A stretch of DNA of 64,000 bases from assembly GCA_030141605.1 (NCBI GenBank), contig JAQGDQ010002373.1, positions 157,921-221,920 on the forward strand, read 5' to 3'. The DNA is from Tubiluchus corallicola (Eukaryota > Animalia > Priapulida). Position numbers and translations under genes: made by a program. Shown here piece by piece: positions 13,931-27,204 of this stretch (positions are counted from its first letter, which is position 1; each line of letters opens with the position of its first letter). The notes beneath the pieces were generated by a model. It made no database searches. It saw nothing but the letters and a program-made list of their open reading frames with translations, and was not told where the DNA came from.

Positions 13931-16900
13931 TTAAAACAATTAATGAAAATTCTTCCATAAAGTTCACAAAATTGCTTTGTAGTTTAAAGTTTATTTCAGA
14001 CCAGAAGCTTTCAGTTTCTCGATCTTCATCAGTTAGAAAGTATGTCGCTGTCAACTTAATCTGAATTGCTATAAGTTGACTGTGACACACTTTAATATTC
14101 TTAGTATTCACCAACCGCACACCATTACAACTTAAGTATAAAAAGTTATCTAATAAAATCAAATAAGTAACAATGGGACTGAACTAGTCCAAATGAAAAA
14201 AATAGAACAGAATCGAATTAAATGTAATAGTTTTACATAATTATAAATAGTAGCTTATAATACTCATAGCAGCGCCAATAAACAAATCTACTGGTATAAG
14301 TCACCATTAATATTATTGTACTTTCAATGAGCATTAATGAAATAATAAAATTAGAACCATATTATTGATGCCTAATGCCTTGTAATGAAGTAATTCTGAA
14401 CATTACCAGTGAGTATGAGCTCCATTTTTGTGCAAAAAAGATGAGTTCAGATGTAGTTAAAGCTGCAGCTTGACCCGGTGCAATGTGATTATTTACTTAG
14501 TATATCATCATGCAAACAAGGGAAGCCAGTTTGAAGCCAGGTTGTTGCGTTCCGAGCATTCCAGAGCTGCCAGTCAAACCTCGTGTCACGAATCAATGTT
14601 GATAGTAAACACTACTTGATCAAAGCACGCATTGTTTCGAAAATTCACTTACAAATATTTCCGTGGCAGAGAGGTGGGTGTATGCCATTTCTTTATGACG
14701 AAGCAAACTTCTGAGTTCCGGTGGGCTCCCCGGAATACCGGCTGGAGGGCTCACAAGCTCCTCTCAGTTGTTGGCTTACAAAGTACAAGGTATAATTTCG
14801 CTGGAGAGTAATTTACTTTGCATAGGAAGAGTAAGTACGTATTAAATCATACAGAAAACCGAAATAAAAGACCAACGGTGCTGGAGGTGGCAGCGTGCCT
14901 CACTATCATTATATTATTCATTCCAAAATACTTACGTATTTACATGATTTACAAATTATGAAATCTTGAATAAAACATGCAGAATACGAGAAGTCACCCA
15001 GGCACGGGGCGTTTACGTATTAAAAATTGTAATTTAACTAAAAACTTGTTTTATTACAACATAATTATATAACTGTCTGTACTATAATTTTTGCCAAGCA
15101 CCCAATATCGATCATCAAAATCTTTGAATAACACTACGTTTTGTTTTATTATTGTCGTATTTTATATTTTACTGTGTTTAAATTAGCGGCAGCTTATTTA
15201 CATTGAGACTTATTTACTGGCGAAAGTAAAAACACCAGTATTGATCAGTTTCATCAAAACTTCATCAAAACGCATCGGAATTCTCGATCTAAATCGCCTG
15301 TCAACATCTAAAGCATCGCCAGTTCGGAGAACTCCAGAAAGACCAATTCAGTGTATCAGACATCCGGCCAGTCCACAAATTAGGGAGTTTAATACTCGTT
15401 TGAACTTTAAAAAACGTACTCGTTTTCCTGAATGCTAGTGATTAATGTCTTGAATGCATTAATCTACGCAGAGGAGAAAAAACGAATGTTTTGTGACGCT
15501 AAACATTTCTCAAACGCTTTGATGTCAGAAAAGCGAATTAATGAAATTCGTTTGTAGGAATGCAAAGAAAATATTTTCTGGGCGATTAGCTGCTCTATCA
15601 TGTTGTAGGCTACCCTTTCATTTGGCGGTTATATGAAAGGGGAAGAGAAAGTCTGTTTGTAATTAGAAATCTTTTCCACTTCTATACGACTAATACCATA
15701 GCATTGGAAACAGCAGTATGAAGTAATTTAATTAAAACGTCCACTATGCTCATTGATCATTCCGCGCTTGTTACGTTACATCCTTTTCACTGTTTAGTAA
15801 AGTTCTCAATAATAAATGATTTTTTTTTAATTCATATATTTTATTACACCAGGTATGGCAATTTAAAACACACTAGTCATAAAATTACAAATATTAAGCT
15901 AAAATAGCTTAACAAGCATACAATAAAGGGAATTTTTTACTCTGATTAACAAGCATAACAGTAATAATTGAGTTATATGTCCATTGGCATAGGAAAATGG
16001 CGTTTGATGTACATGCTAAAAGATGGTATCTACCACCTTTCAAGTTTCAAAGCTTACATATACAGGTTTGTTTCAGTTCAAGACTCTGTTTGGAGCAGAT
16101 TTTATGGGGAATTACATGCCTTTTCATGGCTTGTTGGTTCTTCTCCTGGATTTCTTTCTATTCATTTTGTGTCATAGTCAGTGTATAATAGGATGCCAGC
16201 TCTATTGAGTCTACCGTGTCTTCGACAACTTCTAAATATTTCCAGAATGCCTGAACTCAGGGTATTTTGAAGAAATAAGTAATTTTTGAGTAATAAGTAA
16301 GTCTAAATGTAAATAAGCTGCTAACGTAAAAATGCAAAAACGCATTTAAATGATTTTCAAAGATTCTGAGGATTGACACAGGGTGCCCAACAGAATTATA
16401 GTGGACTGTTAAATAAATGCATTTTTAATTGTAATAGAACATGGTTTAATTAAATTACAATACGTAAGCGCCATGTGCCTGCGTGGCTTCTCCTATTCTA
16501 TGTATATGTTTTATAACAAATGCATAATTGCGCCTCATTTTTGAAAGCGTGCATCAGAGAAACTCGGCATTCGCAACAACAATGACTAATACAATATGTT
16601 TAATGTAGATTTTAATTTCCTTTAGTTAAGTAACTGCAGGATTTAGATGTTTAAGTTACTCGCTTGTGATTAACTCTATGAAGCCGTTCATTTTGCTGTG
16701 ATGCCGGCCTGGTTTTACTTCGTGTAATACAAAAGTTTGTCATTTACTCATTTTGCGGTAAACAATGCGTTTTAAAGTTTAACAAAAAATGGTTCTACGA
16801 CAACTATAAACGTCCATCTGTTATGGTTATTACCATCATTTTGCAAGCAGTAAGCAAAGACTACCTGTATACAGGACGTTCGTGCACTATTGATGTTCGG

Positions 16901-17227
16901 ATAGCGCATCAACAGACTGGCGTGGGTGGTACCGTTTGATGTGGGTAGTGTGAAGAGGTTTTTTAATATTGTGAAGTCACAATGGAGAGCTATTGCAGAA
17001 GTATTAAATGAAATATCATTTAACACATACCATGTCATTAGAATTTGTACATTTTACAAATAAGTGCAAGCAAAATGTACATTAGTGCATACGTGCACGT
17101 ATGTGGTAAGCAGGCAACACAACCCTTCGCATTCCGGACATGTTTTACAGTTCAGCATTCTGCAAGCTGGATTCAAGCACTCGGTGACAGGGATACTTAA
17201 TGGCAGAACCAGAATCTTGTTTATCTC

Positions 17228-17304
17228 TGCTGCTGCTAAGGCTGCTACTATTAATACTACTACTACTACTACTGCTGCTGCTACTGCTACTACTGCTGCT
17301 ACTG

Positions 17305-17372
<68 letters not shown>

Positions 17373-17508
17373 GCTACTGCTACTGCTACTGCTACTGCTA
17401 CTGCTACTGCTACTGCTACTGCTACCGCTACCGCTACCACTACCACTACCACTACCACCACCACCACCACCACCACCACCACCACCACCACCACCACTAC
17501 CACTACCA

Positions 17509-17544
<36 letters not shown>

Positions 17545-17560
17545 ATACTACTACTATTAC
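17228..17560. repeat. Compound trinucleotide/hexanucleotide repeat (CTA, CTG, CTACTG, CCA)
   Basis: Directly visible. It generates the poly-Thr, poly-Val and poly-Leu ORFs. Confidence 0.95.
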
Positions 17561-18075
17561 AGTGAATAGTGAACTAGGTAGCCACCAAGGCAACTACGGG
17601 CCAACCCCCAGGCATGGCTTGACTTTGGTTACTGATATTTACTGTACACAATACCACGAAAAAAACCTTGGGCATCTTCTAACGTTTTTCAACTGGGTTT
17701 TACGACAGTCATCTAATTTAACTGCACATTTAAGTGAACAGATTTAACGGAAGCGCATTTCGCATTTAAATAAAACTTGCTATTAAAATCTAACTCAGTT
17801 CCATCATTGCTTCTAGATTGTGTGCTGTCAGAAAAGTATTGATCTCATTTTCCCGACATCGTCGAAGATAAGTGATTGACTCTCTCTAAACTGAAGACGA
17901 ACATCAATTGATACATACCTTCTGTTTTTGATGAGCGGATTTTTTTATTTATGTGCGAGCAACAATGCAACATGTGCTAAAGTCTATTTTGTACGTTTAT
18001 GAGTCAATCATTCATTAGTGACACTTCTGATTCTCTGCTTGTTGGCATTTTTCATGGAAGGGTGCTTCTATAATG

Positions 18076-18434
18076 CAGGCCATATTACTCTGAAGGCTAG
18101 TATAGGTTGCTGCCTAGAACCCTCAGGCTTGAAGTGCTCTTCTAAAAATCTTCAAATTAACTTTTTCGTAAAATGAGTATAATATTTCAATTATTTGTAT
18201 TGCTGAATTAAAAAGGGAGGCCTAGGAGTCTAAAAACCCAATTTTAAAAGAATGGTGTGGCCTGTTATTGTGGCGCGTTATTTGACATAGGGGGCCCTAG
18301 TTTTGGGTCCTAGCAGTAAATCGTGGGCCTCGGTCCATGTTTCTTTATCATCGTGCGAATTAGAAGGTAGCTCTGTCGAGGGGCCCCATAATTTTATTAT
18401 ACTAGGGATCCCAAAAGATCATAACATGGCTCTG
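18076..18434 (+). mobile_element. Diverged copy of a ~370-bp hAT-like MITE family
   Basis: Its ends align by eye with the copies at 35776 and 39003 (ctagtataggttgcNgccta near the left end; gggccc(c)ataattt...ctaggg...cccaaaag..cataa near the right end). Confidence 0.6.
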
Positions 18435-19124
18435 CTGGGGAGGCAATGATTTTGCGTGCTTCTCTAATCAGTACTCTGCTTTTCGAATTTCACTCGTTCG
18501 CACATTGCAATGATTTTATTACATTATGTATATCAGCATCTAGACCCCCTATGTTTTTCACAGAAATTCTTCCATACATATGTTCTAGCAGTATTGAACC
18601 ATGATTATGACTTTAAAAGAATAAAAGAAAAGAAAAATCAATGAGCTCCCATGGCTTCTCTGCCATGGTAACTTGCTAAGTGAACAGGTTAGAGTCATTA
18701 ATACAATTTTTGTTTATGTTTTATTTCTTAAACCTTTCTAGTACCTTTATCATTAGACCAAGGGTCTTCCGCCTTGTTTAAGAAATTATCTGAGGATCTG
18801 GGCACCTGTAAAATTATCATAATGCGTAGTCTTTATTGAATTTATTATTGAAAACCATCTCTCATTAGCGTTATATAGTATCTCGATAAAATTCACGTTC
18901 ACGTATGTAACAGCATGTGCTTCATCTCAATGAAATTTATATTCTGCGAATGTAACAGCATGTGGTTGCATCGAGAATGCCACAAGTATACTTAAGTTTT
19001 GATTAACTTCCGTTAATGTCCCGCTTCTGGAGTACTCAAGAATAGCTTGAAGTTCCATTGATCATTTCTCAGAGACGAGCTTATTAGATATGCACCACGG
19101 TATGCCCAGTACGATAAAGTACAA

Positions 19125-20693
19125 TGTTATGAATAAATTTATGAATCGGTAATTTGGTGATTAATTAATAGAATTATCTACTGAATTAGATTCAGTTGAT
19201 AAAACGGATACCTCTTTGATTTGATAAGATAAATTTATTGATTGATTATATGAACTCACTCAGCTGGCAAGGCACGAGATTTAATGCGAAGCAAATTATT
19301 TTCACAGGTGTGTTTTTGCGTTTACTGAAGGTAAACAGGTGTTCATTAAGAGAAAGCGTAATCTTGTTTATAACCTTATGCAAGCGTAGATAAACGCTCT
19401 ATATAACATATGCAGAGTTACACGTAATTCTTAAGAATATATAATTATTAAGAAGTCGCGAGAAGCAAAACTTCTTTGGAAAGAAAGCTTTATGGCCGAC
19501 GCCAAGCTTGCGATGAAACTTTGGGAGCAAGGAGTTCTGAAAGACAGACCTGGCGTGCAGCTAACTTCCCACGGAGGAGAAAGAATTCTTGAACCACCTG
19601 GATGGTCATAAACTTCTTGGCAGGGTAAAGCCAAGGATGTCACCTTTAACCTATTGCACCATATTGCGTTTCAGCGCGACATTACGCAAAGCGGAACTTG
19701 GAGTTATAAGCCCGTGTTTGAAGACACGTGGTGGTTAGTTAGTTGGGTGCGAGCAGAGAGCAACATCAGGGAGAGAGGAGCCAGAGAGAGGCGACAGGAA
19801 ATCTGACAAGTGTATAGACTTCGTTTCGAACCAGCGTGGACCATCGTTCTACGTCCTCAGCTAATCTGAGCACTGGATCTACGAATAGTCTTACAGAAGC
19901 ATTGGATTTGTGTACGGGAGTTGCATTGGCCATTCCACCGAGTTAAGTAATCTTAACGCATTTGTAACTTGAGAGTAACTCTGCATAGTAGTAGTTCACA
20001 TTGTAGTAGACACCTTAAGTGTAGCATACGGTTTGATTGTAAAGTGTATACTTCACATTGTATTTAGCACCTTAAGTGCAACGCACGGAAAATTGATAAG
20101 TGAATTATTCGTGTATCTCTTGGAGCTAAAACATTATTTGTGAATGCCGACCAGCGTCTAAGACCAAATCGTGTACAAATATCTAGCTAAGAGTAATTGT
20201 TGTAAACCAATAAAAGTATTCACTTTGACTTAAATTACGAGTTCATGTATGCTTATAGGTGTTTAAAGTTAAGCAACACTAGATTCGATAACGAACCTGT
20301 AGATTCGCATTGTATTAATCATTAATTAATTTAATAAAGCTCAATTGCGGGAGCTAAGCTAGAAAGCTTTTGGGATAAAGACTTTTCTCACAGTGCGAAG
20401 TCGTAGAGTCAGTCTAGAGGGACTAGATTATCGCCCGATAGACTAATCTTAAGCCCTAGGAGCCAGGTGTTAAATCACCTTGTGGCGATTAATTAAGATA
20501 GGAAGCGAATCAATTTCAAATCAATTTTAAATGGATATATAAATCAAGTGAATGCTATACGATCACAAGATATAATAATTAATAAGAGATAACTGGTGTA
20601 TTAGATCAGTATAAAAAGGATCATAAGATTTATAGATCATAACTGGCACTTGCGACCAGGATTAAATAGATACGATTTATATATATCATAACA
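19125..20693 (+). mobile_element. Probable solo LTR (about 1.57 kb)
   Basis: Bounded by a perfect 8-bp inverted pair, TGTTATGA ... TCATAACA (TG...CA). Inside are a TATA-like TTATAAG near 19704, a GA-rich tract and AATAAA near 20209. No clean target-site duplication. Confidence 0.55.
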
Positions 20694-20744
20694 ACGTGGA
20701 AAAAGCTGGACTCTGTATCTCAGAAATTTAATCTGCATTTCTTG

Positions 20745-21556
20745 TGAAAGTGCTTGCAGAGCAAAGAGGCCATGGAAAGTGCACAGTCGTATATAAACTT
20801 ATGAAAGTGTTTGTAGGGCAAACGGATATTGCAAAGGGTATAGCAGCTTGTACTTATCGTGAAAATACTTGCAGAACAAAGAGGTGATGCAAAGAGCACA
20901 GCAGTTTGTAATTTTGGTGAAAGTACTTACAGAGCAAAGAAGTAATACAAAGAGCACAGCACCTTGTACTCATTCTGAAAGTATTTGTAGAGTAAACGGG
21001 TATTACAACGAGCGCAGCAGCTTGTATTCATCATGAAAGTACTTGTAAATCAAAGGGGACAGCAGCTTGTAATCACTGTGAAGGTACTTGCATAGCAAAA
21101 AGGTAAAGCAAAGAGCACAACAACTTGTACTCGTTACGAAAGTACTCGTAGAGCAAACAGGTAACGCAAATAGCAAAGCAGCGTGTATTCATTATGAAAC
21201 TGCTTGCAAAGCAAAGAAGTAATGCAAAAAGCACAGCAACTTATTATGAAAGTACTGGCAGAGCAAACGGGTATTGCAAAGAGCATAGCAGTTTATAATT
21301 CTTGTAAAAGTACTTGGAAAGCAATGAGGTAATGAAAACAGTACAACAGAAAACCGTATTTCATTTTCAGAATTTCATCTGGATTGTGTTTATCATTTTA
21401 AACTTTGTTGGGCTAGCTAATAAATGTGTCCGATAAAGAGCTCAGGTGCATAGGAAAGTACTTGCTGAGCAAACGGGCATTGCAGACAACATAGCAGCTT
21501 ATAATTCTTGTGAAAATACTCGCACAGCAAAGAGGTAATGCAAAGAACACAGCAAT
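20745..21556. repeat. 58-bp minisatellite, about 13 diverged copies with one ~110-bp interruption
   Basis: Consensus GAAAGTACTTGCAGAGCAAAGAGGTAATGCAAAGAGCACAGCAGCTTGTACTCATTNT. Confidence 0.9.
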
Positions 21557-21689
21557 TCAAACTTCAATGAACTTCAATGAGTCAGTGTAGATTGACACAT
21601 GTTTTCGGATGCTATAAAAACATTTTTAGTTTAAAATATTAGACTTTAGATGTTTTAAATATTTACTTTTGTCCTGTGTTCTGTGGCCG

Positions 21690-22262
21690 GGTGAGCTGAG
21701 CTGCAGATTGCAAACATGCTTAGTGTTACAGTCCAGGCTCTTGATCCGCAGGTTCAGTGCCAGTATACATAGGGCTTACTCTCTATGTTACATCATTTGT
21801 GTTATGTCATCTTAACCTGTATAATTGTTGTAAGTGTGACAGCCATTAGTGCATATGTTGTCTGTTAAAATCAGTGACGTAAAAATACATCACATGTATG
21901 TTCAATTGTTCATAATCTTTGACTACAGTACGTTTCAATAAGTCCTCGCTATGTTCTGTTCATAAATTTACCATACTCTGCAATAAAAATAAAATAATTT
22001 TTGCAACTTTTTATAGTTATACTTACAATACAGTTACAATTTTCACATTGTAAGTTAAAGTGTAAGATAAATGTAAAGAGCGTTTATCGCCATTCACTTA
22101 ATATACAACATTAGCAATAATGGCTGCTGCACTTACAACAATACAGGTTAAGTTCACGTAACACATATTACATAACATAGAGGGTAGGTCTTATGTGTCC
22201 TGGGATTGAAGCCTGCGGGGCTCGAACCTCGACTGGAACACTGAAATCGTATCTCTGTATCA
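21690..22262. mobile_element. Two related SINE-like copies in inverted, tail-to-tail orientation
   Basis: 21720-21860 is homologous to the reverse complement of 22100-22250 (shared ctatgtta...cttaacctgtat..ttgttgtaagtg...cagccatta). One copy has a B-box-like GGTTCGAGCC, and there is an A-rich tail near 21980. Confidence 0.7.
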
Positions 22263-22523
22263 TCATTAAGACGCTACAGCATCTTAAGAAAATAACAATG
22301 CGCGCATCAAAAGATTTGCTTTAATGAGATCATTTGGGCAGTGACATTTCGCTGCACGGCGTATAATGCACTAATTAGGCCTACTGGTGTCACATTACAA
22401 GGTGCAGTATGAGTTTGACATATTTGCTTCTTTATTGTTGAGTAAGCTCTTGCATTAAAATCGTGTCATGCAAATCAACTTATAAGTTTGCTGAGAATGT
22501 TGGCTTAAAAGTCTCTGTTAATT

Positions 22524-24755
22524 TTACTTTTTTTATTTAACATTTTATTTAATACAAAACATACTTTACAAATTACAAAAAACTAAGACGTTTAAATTAA
22601 CATTAAACAAATGTAAACACTAATTGACTGTCAATGAATGCAATTAGTTGCAATCAGTAAATATGCATTGACTACAATCTGGCAATTTTGGTTGTTCAGT
22701 AAATCATTAGAATATATGTTTCAAAGATAACCAACTAGCTTCAACTTTTTCTAGCATCCCAAGATAGGCACCTACATATTTCTCCGCCTTATACATATAC
22801 TTAATACAGCTCACTGCATGATTAAAATTCAGTATTCGTAATTTGCTTCGAGTACACCAAATATAATATTTTACTATTAAAATGGTCTTATTTAAACAAC
22901 TACAATTGACTTATCAATTTCTTATGCATTACTTGTACTTTGCACCCACCATTGTTTGAAATGTTCCCATATGAGTTTTACTTTATTACAATCCCACAGA
23001 ATATGTAATATGGTTTCTGTTTCCGAATTGCAAAAATTAGAAGTGTCAGAATCAACCTTATTGATTTTGTGGTTAGTATTCTGTGCAGAACACTAAACTG
23101 GCAATTGCGTCTATTAGGATCTTTTGTACATTTGAAACCAAGCAGATATGCGTTTTTCCAATTTATATTATAATTTATGAATTTTCCCTACCATTTCAGT
23201 TCAGAAATTGGCGGAAGACTTTTTTGAGATAATAACTTTTTATACACAATCGATGTTTTAAAGTCGCCTTGTGATACAAGTTTTTCAGTTCCGCGATTTT
23301 CAGTCTCGGCTCTACACTGTTTAACACCCGCATTTCGAATATCATTGCACCATCTATTTGGAATTGCACTGACAAGACTGTAATATTCAAGAAAATCAAC
23401 TTCAATTTCAAATTTACTAATGAACTGATCACGTGGCATTACGGTTCCATTATCATTCATTAAATCCTTAACGTATAATACATTATTTTCAATACATGTT
23501 GTACAGAACGCAGGAGTAACGTTTGTCTTTATATTATTATTATACCATAATGTCTGTTTTAAATAATCCGTTTGAGTTATCGGATTTCTTAATACTTCAC
23601 ACCAGCATATAATTACATCTTGCCAGAAGGGGTTTCCAAACGTTACACTCTTCTTTACTAGGAAAGTTTTTTCCATTTTCCAAAATGGGATTCTACCCAG
23701 TTTTTCTAAGAATTTTTTTGTTATCTCTTGCCAAGTTCCATCTGTTGTCATTAGCCTTTGAGTCCACTTAGATTTCAAGGATTCGGCAAGCGATTCCAAA
23801 TCCACCATATTTGCTCCACCTTCTGAAATTTCGGACATAAGTGTTTTTATTTAACTTTATCTCGTTTACCACCCCATACAAACTTATATGCTAATTTCTC
23901 AATAGGTTTAAATTTTTCATAATTCACAATGGGGAGGGATGGTAACAAATGGACTATTTTTAACAATATTAACGATTTAAAAACAGCTATCCGCCCACAG
24001 ATCGTAAGTCATTGCCAGGACCAAACTTTTATAAGATTTCGAATTTCAACAAGTTTATCTTTCAAATTCAGATCAAAAATCTTCTCCAAATTATGCAGAT
24101 CAAATTTTATTCCCAAAACTGTAAAGATATCATTCGTCCAGTCCAACTGTAAATTTTTACAAATGCGTGCTTGGGAACCCCTTAAGGCACCGAACCAAAT
24201 TGCCTTTGTTTTATTAGAATTCATTTTTAACCCAGAAAATTTACCAAAATTATTTACTATACGATGGGCTGCAAATAGTGAAGCAGATGAGAATAACTGT
24301 GGTATCATCCGCATATTGGCTTAAGACTATTTCGTTGTTATTTTCAACAATACTCTTAACATCTTTACATATTTCAAAAGCTAAAAACTCCACGCACAAT
24401 ATGAAAATGTATGGCGAGACAGGGTCCCCCTGCCTATTTCCCCGATGCAATTTGAAGAAGCTACTGTATGATCCATTATTAAGCACACAGCTTTCAATAT
24501 TATTATAACAAATTCTGATCCATTTTTGAAAATTATCACCAAAATTTAAAAAGTTTAATATTTTGTCTATGAATTTTCACTCTATGGTGTCAAATGCCTT
24601 TTCAAAATCAATTAATAACAAAATTCCAGGAATGCCACTTTTTCTGCGTAAAGTAATGTCGTACAATAGTCTTGTGTTTTCAGCTATGTATCGACCCTTT
24701 AACAAACCTTTTTGAGTGTCGCTGATTAACACGTCAATAACGTTTTTAAACGTTG
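22524..24755 (-). mobile_element. 5'-truncated L1/Tx1-clade LINE ORF2 remnant
   Basis: Minus-strand fragments LLIDFEKAFDT, RGNRQGDPVSPYIFILCVEFLA, SQYADDT, SGLKMNSNKTK and EGGANMVD, and a C-terminal Cys/His knuckle (CNSETETILHILWDC). A poly-A-like tail lies at about 22525. Confidence 0.93.
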
Positions 24756-26499
24756 GATTAAGACTCGTTAGTTTTACTTAATAACAACTGCGACAGGTTA
24801 GTGGTCACGTTACTCTGTTTTTTTTTAAATTATTATCAAATGTCCTTATGTTTGTAGCTTATCGTAAAATGATAAAGCATGAACGACACCTTTAGAAACC
24901 GTCCGTGCAGCTGTAATTTCGTAAATTGTTGGGAGGATTCCAATGATATAGGCGTTGATACACGATTAACTAAAGTCATTCAACTGGCTTGAAACGACAA
25001 AAACTTAAATTAACTTTTCCTGCTTTTTGCGCAATATGAACATTCGTTGCTACAAAACAACTAATATTGTTTTTTCAAATAAGTGGTTTAAGTCGTTCGA
25101 CTGCCATTCCGTCGTTGTCACATCAAGAAGCTTACCAGCTTTCACGGCAGATTTGAGTTGAAAAATGCGCCCTACTAGAGTTGAATGGATGTCAAATAAA
25201 TAACACCTTTTCTCTAAATTGTAATGGGTAACGATATTTGCAATAGACACATCCTGCAAAAATCCCAGATTTATCAAAAGTCTAACATAATAATGCACCT
25301 ATAGGAACATGGTGAGCTTTCTTTCATTTTCTGATAGACATCTAATGAGTGAAAAAATTTGAAAAACACTCAGAGCCTAGTAGTTAAATATATTCATCGA
25401 TAATAATTTTTAGTGAACACCCCGAAGTCATTTAAGCAAGTAGGTGTAGGCCTAAAGGTACGTTGGATTGTTGATTATTTAGATATTGCTTAAAATTGTG
25501 AAACAGTTCGAGCAAAACTTATAACAGTAAAATTTTGTAACGCTGTGAGATGATCTGTCATTTGTCTTTGTTCATACACGGGAGAGTAAGATGGTTTGCT
25601 CAGCGGTCACTTAGTGTGTACGGAAAGGCCTAAATGTTCATATATACGGACTTTGACGTACCGTCTTGTTTTGATCAACGTATTATTCAAAGTAATATTA
25701 GCTAATATTACGCAATAATATTAAGTTGCCACTTGCAATCCAATCAGAACATTTCATTTTCACAGATTAATAGGCTAACACAACGCGTGTAAGTCTAACT
25801 CAAACTACGCAGTTACAAAAAGTACTTTTCAGCTTAATTTTTGAAATACTGCTAGCCTTAATCGTACAGATACCAAAGACGCATTTGCTGAGTTAAACAA
25901 ACCACCAAATTTAAAGGTACATAAGCTTCTGACAGTTCAGCATTCACATTTATAGACGGCGCTGATTAGGCCTAAGGACTGTACTATAGCATAGTGCCAT
26001 TATGCACAATGTGATGGCATTTAAAAACTGAGCAATCGCTATAAGCGCCAATGACAAGCGCCAGCTCATTTCAGTTGCTATTTATTGTGCTTCATATCGA
26101 GATATTTCCTAACACAATTTCCCCTAAAAGACAAAATTTGCTTGAAGGTGACGGCCGCAGTGGTCTTTTCTTCACTCTAACAGGCCTCTAATTTGTGCTT
26201 AGTTTTATATCCGCAGTAATTAATGAATAATTAACGAGTTCTTTGATGAGGTTTAACAGATAACGCAGAAAAGTCGTAAAAGCTTTATTGGAAAACTTAT
26301 TATGCGTCAGCGTCCGCTCGTCTTGGCGTTAATGATGCAGAATGTGACCTTTTCAATTTATTGTCATTTTTACAATCCTGTGCGTATTTATTCGGCAAAG
26401 ACGTGTTGCCAAGAAGTTATTTAAATTATGACCATGGAACACTTAAAGAACGTTTCTATCTTTGTACGTTATTTACCCAGATTTTTTAACGTTCGGAAG

Positions 26500-26790
26500 A
26501 AGCCGGTGTTTATGGTTAGGCTACCAGGTTAGCAACAGAAGTTAAGCGATGCAATCTGATTAGTAAATGGATGGGCAGCCACCCGGGAATACTTCTTTTA
26601 GTCAGTTTCGTCTGTAACACGGCTTCTCGGGATTTCTGTCATTGAGGGAGGATGTATGCGTATGTCCTTGGCATATCCAACGTGGCAAAGACATTTCTGT
26701 CGGTCCAGTGTGTCATTCAAGAGGATTATCCTTGATGTATGTAAATTCCGGTCCCGCCGCAACGGTCAACATTTAGTACACCTTGACGTT
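26500..26790 (+). mobile_element. SINE-like element containing a 5S rRNA-derived segment
   Basis: 26537-26592 (AGAAGTTAAGCG...GATTAGTAAATGGATGGGCAGCCACCCGGGAATAC) matches the internal control region (A box, IE, C box) of animal 5S rRNA. It lacks the 5S 5' end. Confidence 0.65.
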
Positions 26791-27204
26791 CAGTGTGAAA
26801 AGATGTAAAAATTAACTAGTCATTTATAATTATTGGGAAAAAGTGCCTAATTTAAGTGATAATAATGTCACTGACGATTTTGTGTGCAATTTGGTATGTT
26901 ATCTGCCTGAGCGTCTGAGCGCTTGTCCAACGCCTTCGAGTGGCTGTACTGTGTATATTTTACAGGCAGTGTGAAACCGGGTATTCTATACAATGCCTAG
27001 GCATTTAATGGAAAGTCAAAACAAACCAGGTAAAGTGTCTAACTTAGTTCCTTCTACACTTTTCATAGGCATAATATATATAACGCTAATGTGTGTCCGG
27101 GCATAATGTGTAATTCTTGGATTCGTAGTGTACTGTTCCTAGACATTTTGTATAATGGCAATTTTATTTTAGGGGATGTGCGAATTTAAATTCGATTTGT
27201 TGGT

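Noticed and set aside
15790-16350. Possible LINE 3' remnant on the minus strand
   Set aside because: It has a T-rich end and a weak VQAFWKYL resemblance only, too degenerate to call.
17054-17747. Mucin-like poly-Thr protein (227-aa ORF) and the overlapping poly-Val and poly-Leu ORFs
   Set aside because: The open frames come from a pure trinucleotide repeat. There is no signal peptide, domain or convincing splice context.
26537-26592. Functional 5S rRNA gene
   Set aside because: Only the 3' half is similar, with many substitutions. There is no 5S 5' end and no tandem array.
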